From assembly GCA_904063045.1 (NCBI GenBank), contig CAJFCJ010000010.1:434001-498000 (forward strand): a stretch of 64,000 bases of DNA, given 5' to 3'. The first letter of the stretch is position 1. Each line of letters starts with the position of its first letter. The notes beneath the pieces are model-generated. The model ran no database searches. It saw nothing but the letters and a program-made list of their open reading frames with translations, and was not told the origin of the DNA. Shown piece by piece: positions 28,801-40,900 of the stretch. This DNA comes from Dimorphilus gyrociliatus (taxonomy: Eukaryota; Animalia; Annelida). The translations under genes and the position numbers were made by a program.

Positions 28801-30159
28801 GTGTAGAGTTTCTATATCTACATACTCTGAAATCATCCACGGAAAATGCAAAAGAATTGTTAAGTTTCTGTATTAGTTCCTTTTTTATATCAATACTTTG
28901 AGTTTTTCTTGATAGTTGAAGAATCGTTTTATCAATGTAAATGAAAAAGCTCTTATAATTTTTACCCAAGCTTGGCTCAATTTCGAATCCTGGTTTAACG
29001 CACACTTCCAAAGGAGCTTTCTTGTGTGGATAATTTATTAATTTAGAATCAGTAAAAATTTCCTCTTCCGTCCATATTTGAACAACTGCATTAATTTTCT
29101 CAGAAATGGTCTCGGTATTTAGAATTACAGTAGAGTACACTACAAAGTATTCATTCTCAACATCACAGATGATGAAAGAGCTTAGTTGCCTTTTCTCTGC
29201 CTCGCCTGAGATATCTTGAAATTCATATTTCAATTCGCGTTGAATATTTTGAAAACTATTTAATTTTAATTCAAGAAGAAAACTTTGTGAAAAAGGACCA
29301 AATGCATATCGTTCTATATTTTCTTTCTTAACTGCTAAATCAAGGTCTCGTAGATAAGTTGAATCTTCTAAATCTAGCTTTATTACAAAAATTCGATCAG
29401 TTGAATGATAGTCTAGAATTGCAAGGGCATAGTCTGGAGGGCTCAGATAGTTCGTTTTGAAAACGCTTTCAGGATGCATCCGAAGATAATTTTTTGATGA
29501 ATTCATGTATCCAATTCTATCATATTTGGAATATACAACAAGATGCTCATGTAAGAACGTAATCAACGATTTCAAGGGAAGATCATCGTCATTTAACAAA
29601 CAATCGCAAAACAAATTCTTTAATTGGCTAACGTAAAAATCAATGTAAGCCAAATAATAATAATCAAGGCAATTTTTCTCACAAAATATCTTTCTCTCAT
29701 CTACTGGTAGAGCTAACCATTTATCAAAAACTTTGAGAAATGTATGTAAATCTCCATGATCAGAGAAGTACTCGCTTGCCGCCCGTGCGACATCTTTTTC
29801 GGTAGCTGTGGCTCTAGAGTGACAAAATACGCTTCTTGCGTACGTAATATAAACCGATGTTGCTAAAATTCTGTTATTTAAGGAGCATTTTGACCAGTGA
29901 ATTAAAAAGTTAATTATTATATCCAAATGGCTCTTTTTAAGATTAAACATATCTGTAGTTAAAAATTGATTCTGCTGAAAATGATCATTGGGATTGGAGC
30001 GGCTGATATCAAGGAAAATTTTCCTTAAATTTCGTCTTAGATCATTTTCATCGAATCTCTCATGTTTATTCATGTCTTCGTTAAGAGCTAAAAAAGGTTC
30101 GCAACAATTAAATTTTGATAAGAGATATTTGAGATTTAGAAAAACTCACATATATTCAT
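25834..30159 (-). CDS. RBR (RING-IBR-RING) E3 ligase with N-terminal DEAH-helicase HA2/OB-like remnant; lacks the helicase core (3 exons)
   Basis: Micro-exon ATG AAT ATA T|GTGAGT (30159-30150), a 3.3-kb exon, then a 61-nt intron (26807-26747) that completes RING1 CCICF...ELT|LCGHFYCVSC. IBR CPTSDC...CPGC...CTNC...HEGIPC and RING2 CPNC...GCNHVICSLC follow. The N-terminus has FSDHGDLHTFLKVFDKW and MHPESVF. Confidence 0.85.
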
Positions 30160-30234
30160 TGATCAAATTTGTTCAAAAAACAAATAAATATAGGTATATA
30201 TATATAATTCTTGAGAAGGGTAGAGGGGAACCGG

Positions 30235-30300
30235 TGACGTCACAATTTGTCTGTTCACCACGTGTTGTGAGGCATTTAGTTCTTCTTCCGCCTATTGGAA
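30235..30300. promoter_or_regulatory. Probable promoter of the RBR gene: CRE palindrome and CCAAT box
   Basis: TGACGTCA at 30235-30242 and ATTGG near 30295, about 80-140 nt upstream of the start codon. Confidence 0.45.
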
Positions 30301-31754
30301 TACAGATAGATAAGGGAAAATTTAGGAAAATTTTTTAATTTTTATAAACTTAAGAACAACTTAAATAGCTATAAACAAATTATAAAAAAAATTCTTATAA
30401 AATAAAAAAAATAACAAAAAAAACCTAAAAATATAACGACCAAGCTAGGTCTAAAAAAAAACGCTTAAACACTAAATTCTATGTTGTTCTATTAATAAAA
30501 TATTTCATTATCATAAACGTAATAATATATAAGTTACAATCGTAGTCAAACTTGCTAAACTATTATTTTCTCTCGATATATGATCTATTGGTCTCAGACG
30601 TGAAGTATCCTTTTTTTTAGTACCATTAGGCCTAAAACAGCATGAGTCATATTAATTTTTATTCAAACTTGATCTTAGATAAATAAAATAAAAGAGACTT
30701 TTTACTGAAATAACTTTATAATTCTAATAAAGTAATAAAGCTTGTTAATAAGTTAATAAGATAGTGGTTTCAAATGTCTACTGCTATCATTACGTTAACG
30801 TCATGGTTGTGTTTAAATACAATTTGTTCATTGTTTTTGTATCTAAAACATAACATAACGATAACTAAGGGTACACTGATTGGGTATTGATCAGAGAAGC
30901 ATTCACTTGCCACCCTTGGGTATTTCCTTCTACGCTAAAATCTCTCCTACTATTAACTTTCTAGTAAAATAATATTGTAAAGAGAAGATGTAACAAAAAA
31001 TAAAACTATCTGAATTAATAGCCTACTTAAAATTTGTATAGTATATACTATGAAATTATTAACTATAAATATTAATTACGAAAACAGGGGAACAAAACGT
31101 GATGGACGTCAAGTTATAATAATTCTTTAGTATACTATTTCAATTTTGTTATCTGTAATTTTGTTACTTAGTTTTACTTTTCTTGAAAATCATTAAAACA
31201 TTGTCGTTATTACTTTTTAGAATGTACTAATGAAAATGAATATTTCTTATGTAATCACATGACCATTGTAAAATATATCATATATGTAGATTCTATATTT
31301 TGACTTCTAAGGAAAGATTTATAGTTTCAATTGTCTAGCAACTTGTTAAATTTGTTTTTTCTTTTACGTTCTTTATACACTATATAGAAGAATACAGAAC
31401 TTGTGTAAATAAAATGATTTTTATGATCGTTTCAAGCATTATAAGACGTTGATTTAAAATCTCTTTTAAATATTAGAATAAATTGGAAATTTTGCTTTGT
31501 CCAATTTAGATATTCCATCGCGTATTTTAACTCAATTCTTCAAAAATATTTTAGGAAAATACGTAATTTCATCAAGTCATAGGCCCCATTGTACTTTCGC
31601 AATCGTTTCAATTAATAATATCAAAATGAAAGCTGGTGCAAAATTCTTCTTTAGTCTTCTCTATTGCTTAATGAAATTACTACTCACTTGTTTTTCAAAA
31701 ATAAGTTTCATCCATAGATTGTTATTCTACAACAAATTTCTTCTTTTACCGGTT

Positions 31755-31930
31755 TGCGCATGCGCATAAAGAAATATGTCTCATCGACAAGTTACAAAAG
31801 TATGAAAATAAAACTCTATAAATAATCTATTTTTGAATATTGATTGTCTATAAAAATTTTAATTTTGCCCATATCTATTTTTGCATTTAGATACGAAAAT
31901 GCGCATTGCATATGTAATGCTTCCGGTTAT
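31755..31930. promoter_or_regulatory. Probable NFXL1 promoter: NRF1-like and ETS-like motifs
   Basis: TGCGCATGCGCA at 31755-31766 and CTTCCGGT at about 31920. Confidence 0.5.
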
Positions 31931-32115
31931 ATAGATTTGATGAGATTTGATGTAAAAATGGATTTTTAATTTTTGAATTGTGCATTGATACGTAGTGCCA
32001 CTACCAAGAAACAAATAAACGTGGCATTTTTTATTACTTCGTATCAATACAATTGCCTAGAAACGCATTCTAAGCTTCATGTCATCGACCAGCTGCATTG
32101 TCTGCTCTATAGGAA

Positions 32116-35100
32116 ATGGCACAAAGACCAGTATATGTCAGGGGGAGAGGTCGAAGTCGTGGAGCAATTCGAAATAGTGACTTCTTCCAACCTCCGTTTG
32201 GTATAAATCAAACCGGAAACGTGCGACCATCAGGCTTACAAGTCAGGCAGCAATTTCCATCACCCCCGGTTGCTGATGATCATATAAATACAAAAACAAA
32301 CTCCAAAAGCGGTGAATAAGAGTTTTATTTAAAAATTTAACATTTCTCTAACGATCTATTCTCATTTTAGTACCAATGACAGCGGATGAAAGATTTGAAG
32401 AAGCTGTAGAAAGGCATAAAAATAACACCGAAAGGGTATTAAATAATCCATCGGTTACATCCGAATCATCGGACGATGAAGATATAAATGATGAACATAT
32501 TATAGATAGTTTAACTGGTAGTTTTATGAAAATAGCTGGAAAATCCAGTAAGAAATCTCAATAATATTTGTATTATTATTATTTCAAAAATGAAATACAA
32601 TTATATTATCCTTAATATTTTTAGGCTCAGGTGACGTTGGATTAGGGAGAACCCGAGAATTCTTAGTTGGTTCAATTACCTCTCGAGCAAATGTTTGCTT
32701 AATATGCATAGAAACCATTAAACATGTCGAAGCGGTAACACTCTTTTTATTTTTAAAAATATTGGTTGCTGAGAAAGATAATTTGTTTTATACTCTTTAG
32801 ATTTGGAACTGTCAAGAGTGTTTTTGTTCTCTACATATTAGCTGCATACAAAAGTGGATAAGCGACGGTGCTTACCAAAAATCTCTAAATGATGATAATA
32901 ATGTCAATCATTCTTCTTTGCCTTGGAATTGGTATGAAAGAGCCACTTTTCTTCTCTTGATTAAATACTAACAAGCTTTTATTATATACTTACACAGTCC
33001 AAAATGTAGAAAAGAATATTCACAAAAAGATAAACCAAAACGTTACACATGCTATTGTGGAAAAGAAGAAGATCCCACTTTTGACCCCTGGTTATTTCCT
33101 CACAGTTGTGGTCAAACATGCGAGAAGCTGCTTAAACCAGAATGTGGTCATGCTTGTTTGATGCTTTGCCATCCAGGTAATATACTGAACTACAGTATTT
33201 ACAATAGTTGAATTTGTATGTTTTTTAAAGTAGATTTTCATAAATAACTATCTAAAAAATTTTAGCTTAAATCTTTAGTTATGTTAGACTCTCATCAAAC
33301 TGTTAATAATCTTATTCAATTTCTTGACTTTTTGTAACGTATAGAATCAAGGGGAATACAAACTATACCGGTAATGACTAAATGTAACTAAATAGACATG
33401 ATTGATCCAGTTCTTTGGCACTATTCCATTTATTCTTCCTGGAAGCCGTCAAAAGGTGGTTAATAATTGAATATAATTTGAATCACCGACTCCTTGACGG
33501 TCTTTCATATTAAATACGCTGCTAAACAAGCTTGGGAGTTTGTTCACTTTGATGTAGCAAGCCAGATTGATTTTACAAAATGTCTATTTACCTAAATAAA
33601 AAAAGAAGCAAAATTCGTTGTAGTATAGCATCTCAATTATCCTTTAGCTGATAAAAAATATATAATTTTCTCTTATAATTTGCAGTTGCAGAATATATTG
33701 AAATATAACAAACCTATAAAATAGATGGCGCTCGCCTTGTATTTATAGTTTTTCTAAAAATTGGAAATATTAGACTTCATTTTTTTTTCATATTTTCTCA
33801 TCTCCCACTGTTTTTATAATAGCTTTAATTTTATTGAAATTGATCTAATTATTTCTCATTTTTCATTCAAGGCCCTTGTCCGCCTTGTCCTCAGACAGTA
33901 CGATCTACATGTCATTGTGGTCGTCAACCAGCTCAAACGAGACGTTGTGGAACAAGAGAATGGAGCTGCGGAAAACCTTGTAATCAGCTGTTACAATGCG
34001 GTATACATTACTGTAACACTCGTTGCCATGGAGGAGATTGTTCGCCTTGTGGTGAAGCTTCAAAAAGGAAATGTCGATGTGGACAGCAAAATGAATTGAA
34101 ACTCTGCTCTGAAGGCCAATGGCAGTGTGACAAGGTAAATAGCTACTAAGTTGATAATAGAATCTATATTTTATAATAAACATATGTTTTTTTAAAGGTG
34201 TGTGGAAAGAAATTATCGTGTAACAATCACGTTTGTGAGATTGTTTGCCATAGCGGTGAGTGTGGATCATGCCCACGTTCAGAAAAACGAACGTGTCCTT
34301 GTGGCAAAACTATTTTGGAAGATCTTTCTTGTTCGGAAGAAGCACCAACATGCCTGGAAACTTGTGGAAAACTCTTGATGTGCAACCGGCATGAATGTAC
34401 TCAGCGATGTCATAATGGCCCTTGTGGAACGGTATGAATGCTAAAAATACATTTTAACTGCCTCAAACTCAATTGCATATATTAAGAGAATATTAATTTA
34501 ATTTATTTTAAATTTTAGTGTCGTGAAATGGTAGAAAAATATTGCCGTTGTGGGCAAAAGAAGAAAGAAATACAATGTTATAAGGACTTCTTATGTGAGA
34601 CTAAATGTACGAAACTGAAAGATTGCGGTCGTCATCCGTGCAAGAGGAAATGCTGCAATGGTGATTGTCCCCCTTGCGATTTAAATTGCAACAGACTACT
34701 GAATTGTCGGAAGCATAAGTGTACTAGTCAATGCCATAGAGGACAGTGCTATCCTTGTTCAGTTACGACAACTTTATCATGCGCTTGTAAATCTACGTCA
34801 ATCACTTTGCCATGCGGCCGAGCAAAGAATGCTAAACCACCCAAGTGCACTGAAATTTGCAGGTGAGAAGCTTCTGTCATTTTATTCCTTTTTTCTTATC
34901 AATTCAGCTAAATAAGAGATTCTTTCTTCTTTGGTATTTAATTAAAAAATTAAATGAACTAGTCATATAACTGTAAAGAATGTAATACAAGTAAAAGGAA
35001 CGACTTTCTTTCGAATTATTTATCATACGGATTATTTTAAGAAATTGTCAAAAAAAAAATAATGAACTAAATTTAATATGAAATTAATACTTTTTTGACA

Positions 35101-35280
35101 TAATTGACCAGATTTTCTTCGGGATGATATTTAACAGATACATATATATAGAGGATATAAAATAGAGGATTTTCTTTATCATTAAATTAATAATTTAATT
35201 ATACAAAAAAGAATTATTTTTCTACATGGTAAATAACCGTAATGAACGGTGAACAAGTTGGTTTAAAGCTATCAAAATTT

Positions 35281-35347
<67 letters not shown>

Positions 35348-36719
35348 CTTATATATATATAAATTATACATCAGTTTGAAGAAAGGATTTTGCATCTTAC
35401 CATAAAACTATTAAACTGGGATAGCATCATTTAAAATATGACTCCTAAATATAGATTTTTAATGATTCTAATATGAAATTATTTATAATTTTTATGCCAG
35501 TGGACTATTTTTCAGTTACTCTGTATAACATTTTTATCAGAAGCACTTTTACTATATATCAGTCTATTTTTTCTTCTTATTTTAAGAGAAATATCCTGAA
35601 AATAGAACAAATTAAATTAGTGTTAACAAGCTTTCGATTGTGTATCGTGTACCACAGAGTTGCATTAATTATCTCTCAACTTTCAGAAATCCACCCGTTT
35701 GTCACCATCCTCAAAGGGAATCACATCGGTGTCATTTTGGCGACTGCCCTGATTGCAAACAAGTTTGCGGTAAAAGATTAAAATGCGGTCACGAGTGCCC
35801 AGTGGAATGCCATTCAGCCGTTCGAACAGAAATTAGACAACAGGTGATTAGAGTTGGCCCTTGGCAGCAGGTGCCTGAGCCTCAGACAGTGATAGAGAAC
35901 CGATCCTGCCCACCGTGTATGATTCCAGCTCCAGTTACTTGTTTAGGTGGCCATGAAACCTGTGATATGCCATGTCATATTGCTGTTTCAAAATCGTGCG
36001 GACGACGTTGTGGCCGAAAGCTGAAGTGTTCGAACCACGAATGTCAAAAAGAATGCCATGCTGGAACAAATTGTGAGCAGTGCGAAGATGGGTGCTCAAA
36101 ACCAAGACCAAATGGGTGCATTCATAAGTGTCTTTTGCCTTGTCACCCAAATGATTGTCCAGATTGTACACAAATGGTTAGAATGAGATGTCATTGTCAA
36201 ATGGTGGTACAGCATGTTAAATGTCATATCTGGACGAAATCTGATGTAAAAGAGTGTGTAAAATTACAATCATGTCCGGGAAAATGCCCCAGACTATTGG
36301 AATGCGGCCATCAGTGCACGCTTACGTGCCACCCAGGGTCGTGCCCTTCAGCTTCAAACTGCACTGAAAAAGTGAAAATGAAATGCTCCTGCAAACGTAG
36401 GAAGAAGGAATTCATCTGCAATGAGGTATTCAGCAAAAGAACAAATGTTGAATGTGACGAAGGTTGCGTTTTAGCAAAAGAGAAACTAAGAAAAGAGAAT
36501 GAAAAGGAAGAACGACAGCGTAAAGAAGAACAGGAGAAGAAGATAAAAAGAGAATTGGAAGAATTCGAACGAAGACAAACTAAACCTAAAAGAAAACCCA
36601 GAAGACATAGAGAGAGTGAATGTAGGCAACCGTTTTTAGAACGTTATCGCAAATTGTTTTTGACTTCTATAGTCGTTCTTGCGTGCTCTATTGTTGTCTA
36701 TTATCTTTATAACGCTTAG
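32116..36719 (+). CDS. NFXL1: NF-X1-type zinc finger protein NFXL1 (about 9 exons)
   Basis: RING/PHD-like [13 protein letters not shown]|[27 protein letters not shown], many NF-X1 Cys/His repeats (CGHxCxxxCHxGxC), a coiled coil and a C-terminal TM anchor [18 protein letters not shown]. All introns are GT-AG. Confidence 0.93.
35284..35341. repeat. (TA)n microsatellite in an NFXL1 intron
   Basis: About 29 TA units. Confidence 0.97.
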
Positions 36720-37946
36720 AGACGGCTGCTGATTTTTATTTTGTTGTTTTCCGTCGTTTCTCAAAGTTGTTCAAAATTTTTTCTTTTGTCACCCATTTTA
36801 AAACGACCTAATGAAATACAATCTGATGGAAGAAATATAAAATATTTAAATATACGTGATTGATGCCGAATACAACCGATTATGTCACTTAACTGAACTG
36901 CCTATGATGTATGAGCACTGCTTTAACGGTTGAATTTCGATAAAGGGCTCTCCACGCGAGCATAAAACAGCCGTATTTTGAGCACGAGATGAAAAAGCTA
37001 AGTGAAAACTATATTTTAAAAAATTTAGATAATCCTTATAATTTGTTAATTAATAGTGACCTAAAAGCTTGATCCTTTTCCTCTTAAGTGATATAGGAAC
37101 TCCGTCTATACGGCACAATGGTGTGCTCAAAAAATATATGCACTGAAGAAAAAACAACCTAACCTTTTCTTAATATCATTACAGTTCAGGCATCTATACA
37201 TATATTTATAGAGAGAGGGTCCCGTGCGCTATTTTAATCATTTTTCTATTTCTCAGTTTAAAGAGAGTATTAACCAAATTGAACCCTGAAGATATGGCCT
37301 ATCTTATTTTCTTAGAAAGTTTATTTTACTCACCCAGTAAACTAACGATTCTAACATTTAATAGTTCCAATTATATTATTTTTTATCGCCTTGTGAGAAA
37401 ACAAGATTATGAAGCGGCCAAGTATTTCCCACCCTCTTTCTACTCATTTGCGGCCAATTATTTAGGCAAGCCACAACTGGCGTGTTGATTAGTGAGGCTT
37501 ATTGATTTTTGTATTTTGAAAAACAGTTAGATCAAGTATTTATTTGTTCGTTTTACATGCTCTCTGCTCCAAATAATAAATAGTTCAATAGAAAAAAAGA
37601 GACGGTGAAGAAAAGAAGGAAAAAAAATCAAGTAATCGCATTGTTAATTTCTTCCCTCTCTCTCTCTCTCTCTCTCTCGCTTCCTCACTCACTTACTCAC
37701 TCACCCTCTTCTTCACATTCTTTCTCATATATTTTTTTCACTCTTTCTATTTTCTTCTCGTTTTCATTCATATTTTCTTTTTTGGATTTGCAAGAAATCA
37801 ACAGAAACCATAGGTTTCCCATTTTGAGAGTAAATAACAAAACAGTAAGATTAATTAATCAGAAAAAAAGTAAAACAAGCAACAAAATGTAAACAATTTG
37901 TATAGCAGTAAGTAGAAGAGTATAATTTTTTATTCAAAAGCATCTA

Positions 37947-40900
37947 CTAAGCACGTTCGCCACCCTCTTCTGCAGACTTTAATAAAGATCCATTTCTATA
38001 GAAAACCGGCGCAGGTCTCATATATGGTGATCTTCGTGGTGGTTCAGCTGGCGTTAAAGGCTCTAATTCGTGTAAAGAATGGCTTGTGCTAGCTGTTTCT
38101 TCACTTTGTACGGCGTATACGGTCTTATCTTCATGAGAACCGTCCGATTCACAACAGTTTGATGTCGGCCAATTTGCTTGTAAGAAATCGCCCTCCGGAC
38201 CAACAACGCTTAAAAGGGCCGGTAGTACAAAGATGCCCGTTAACCAGGTAGATAAAGAGACGAAAGCCAGAAGAGCACCAAGTTGAAAATACGCTCTCAG
38301 GGGTGCAAATACAAAACTAATGCCAATTGCACCAGTACTTAGGGAGGAAAATGTGACTGCAGGGCCACAATTCTTCAAAGCCGTTCGTAGCCTTGATAAT
38401 CTCCTCAAATCAGGCGACAACCTATAAGCCATACTAACTTGAAGAATTCCATCCACGCATAAACCAACAGAGAGAACGATTAGAACAGCTTGTACTGAAT
38501 CTAATTCAGGTGAGACGAGAGTCAAAAGACCTAAAGTAGCAGACGTGGCTGCGGCAATACAGAGCGTTGATAAGATAGCAAGTATAAGGTTAAGAGATCC
38601 GATTAAAGAGACGAAGCCAGCAACGCAAACTGAAACTATTACCCCAGATTGGACACCTTTAAGAAGATGGTTCTGCAAGTCAACCAGATTAAACTCAGAC
38701 GTAAAGAAGCCATTCGACATTTCGGGTGGGGCGGACTTCATTAATTTTTTAACATCATTCTCTACGGCTTCGCGAAACCGAAGTGTATCTTCATAGTTCC
38801 TCGTATAAGGTTGTGTCGAGTCAAACTGAACTATTAGACCAGATAATTTTCTTTTAAAATCATATCTGAGACCTGAAGTTTTTGTGGCCGAACCATAGAA
38901 TAGGTGGCTAGTTCTCCACGCTTCCCTACGCCAACGGTCAACACATTCCTCATATTGGGAACCCATTAATGGAAAGGTTGTTGCATTCTTGCAACACCTG
39001 AAATCTTTTACACCAAGGCAGGACTGTCGTACAAAATCTACTACTCCTTCAATATAACACCCGTTAACAACACCTGGTAATAGGCCCTGCTTAGAATCAA
39101 CGTAGTGAATTTTCCGCATACTTTTACAAAAGTTTAAAAGCCATAGCTGGGATTCATTAGCAGATGGATTAAATAAATGATCATAGATTGGTGGATAGTA
39201 AGAAGTAGTAGGGGAGAAAGAGTGTCGTCGATCCTTAGCAATGACTCCCCAAACGATCCATATTGGCATTGGGCGTCGTTTTTTTGCAGCCGCCCTTTCC
39301 CAAAGGAACTCCATTTTGTAACGGTCATAAGCTTCTAGTGGATGATCAGAATGGAAGAGAGCTAACGAAGGGGATGATGGTAGCCTTATCGTCGGGTATA
39401 CAAAAGTCGTTAAGCAGCCGAGTAGAATAAGTAAAAAGAGCAAGCTGTATGAGGCAAGAACATGGAACGTGATTCGGGAATTTAAAAAAGATAAGAATTC
39501 TTTAGAATTCACTTAAATTATTCAATCGGGCTGCGACAGATGCCTTTCTAAACGATTTTGGCAGCAGGTTGTCTTTTTAAAAAAAAATTATTTTTTTTAC
39601 TTTGTTCTAAGAGATTATATAAAAAAGAATATTTTTTATTTATTTATATATTTGCACTTAAATAATCCAAAAATGCAACATAATTATCTTTTTCATACTT
39701 TATTTAAACAGGCTGTTTTCTTACAAAAACTATTTTTAGGCCCACAGCAACAATTTGTGCTCTATTGCTTGCGGGAAGTCTGATTGAATATTCGATTTCG
39801 CAATTGTCTAGTAATAAAATATCGATTTAATTTTATCTGCTCGATCATAAATCGTTTTAGTTAAATTTATACTTAAGGATATTCTCTAGAATATATATAT
39901 ATATATATATATAGAGGACTTTTCCCTTGCTAAGCTTTTGAGCTGGCTTTGTGGAATATTATTCTTATTCTTTTTTCCCCTCTTATTTCTATCCGTTTTG
40001 ATTGCTTGAAATCTATGATTTATAATAAATTTTAACGTTTTCTCCTACAAGAATTGTTTCAGTATATTGGCCTCAATTTTCTTTTCGTAGCAGCTACTTT
40101 TTCTTCCTTTTTATGAGCGATAATATAGTTTTACGGTAAATAGAAAAGTAGAACTTTTCCTCAATGCAACGTTAAGTAGGCGTAAAAGCTTACACCATAA
40201 TATATGTATATATCCTAAGATACTACAGGCATAGTGGCTGTAAGATCTAAGCCCAATTATTCTCATTTTCTGAAACTTTTTTTGGCGCGAAATTAGCCAC
40301 ATTTTCATCTTTTGTCAGAAAGTGTAATAAGAAAATCTTTGTGGGAAAGAGTTAAAGAGAGGGTCAATGATTCCTTCTCGAATCACGTTCCATATCCAAA
40401 AATATCGCAGACGAAGAATGACGGTGGGTAGAAGGTCGTCGAAAAACGTTCTAACTAATCTTGTGGCTTTCTCGTAGAACACAAATCGAGGATATACGCC
40501 CCCGCAATATTGATCATGCAGCAACGCAGCAGCTGGCAACCACGTTACCGATAGTAATAAATGTAGGCCAACTGCTAAGCTGGAAAAAACGGCGAAACAG
40601 CGAATGCTAACGATGGCAGATAACAAATTTGATAGCAACGCTCCGGCGGTTGTCGTACTGGTCGCTAGCATACAATAAGTTGAATGCCGGAGGCTGTTAA
40701 GTACCAGACGTTCCAGCGTTCCTGTTAGTTTATCCGATTTGGCTAACTTCCAAATTTGTAGGTAGACAAATGCATCGTCAACACCTACGGCTAATAGCAA
40801 AACACCCGTCAGAATGTTGACGAAAGGGAAAAAGTTCATTGATAGGATGAAAACGTAGATAAAATAGGCTAGAATTAGGGCGAGGAAGATCTGTAGTAAC

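Noticed and set aside
30605-30960. U12-like donor GTATCCTTTT and a nearby coding-looking patch
   Set aside because: No matching branch site, acceptor or consistent reading frame was found.
33380-33560. In-frame TGA as selenocysteine in an antisense frame
   Set aside because: No selenoprotein motif (e.g. CxxU) or SECIS element was recognised.
39458-40397. Intact MITE or DNA transposon with terminal inverted repeats
   Set aside because: No target-site duplication is visible, the interiors of the two introns are unrelated, and precise excision does not give the best-aligned protein. An ancient element origin remains possible.
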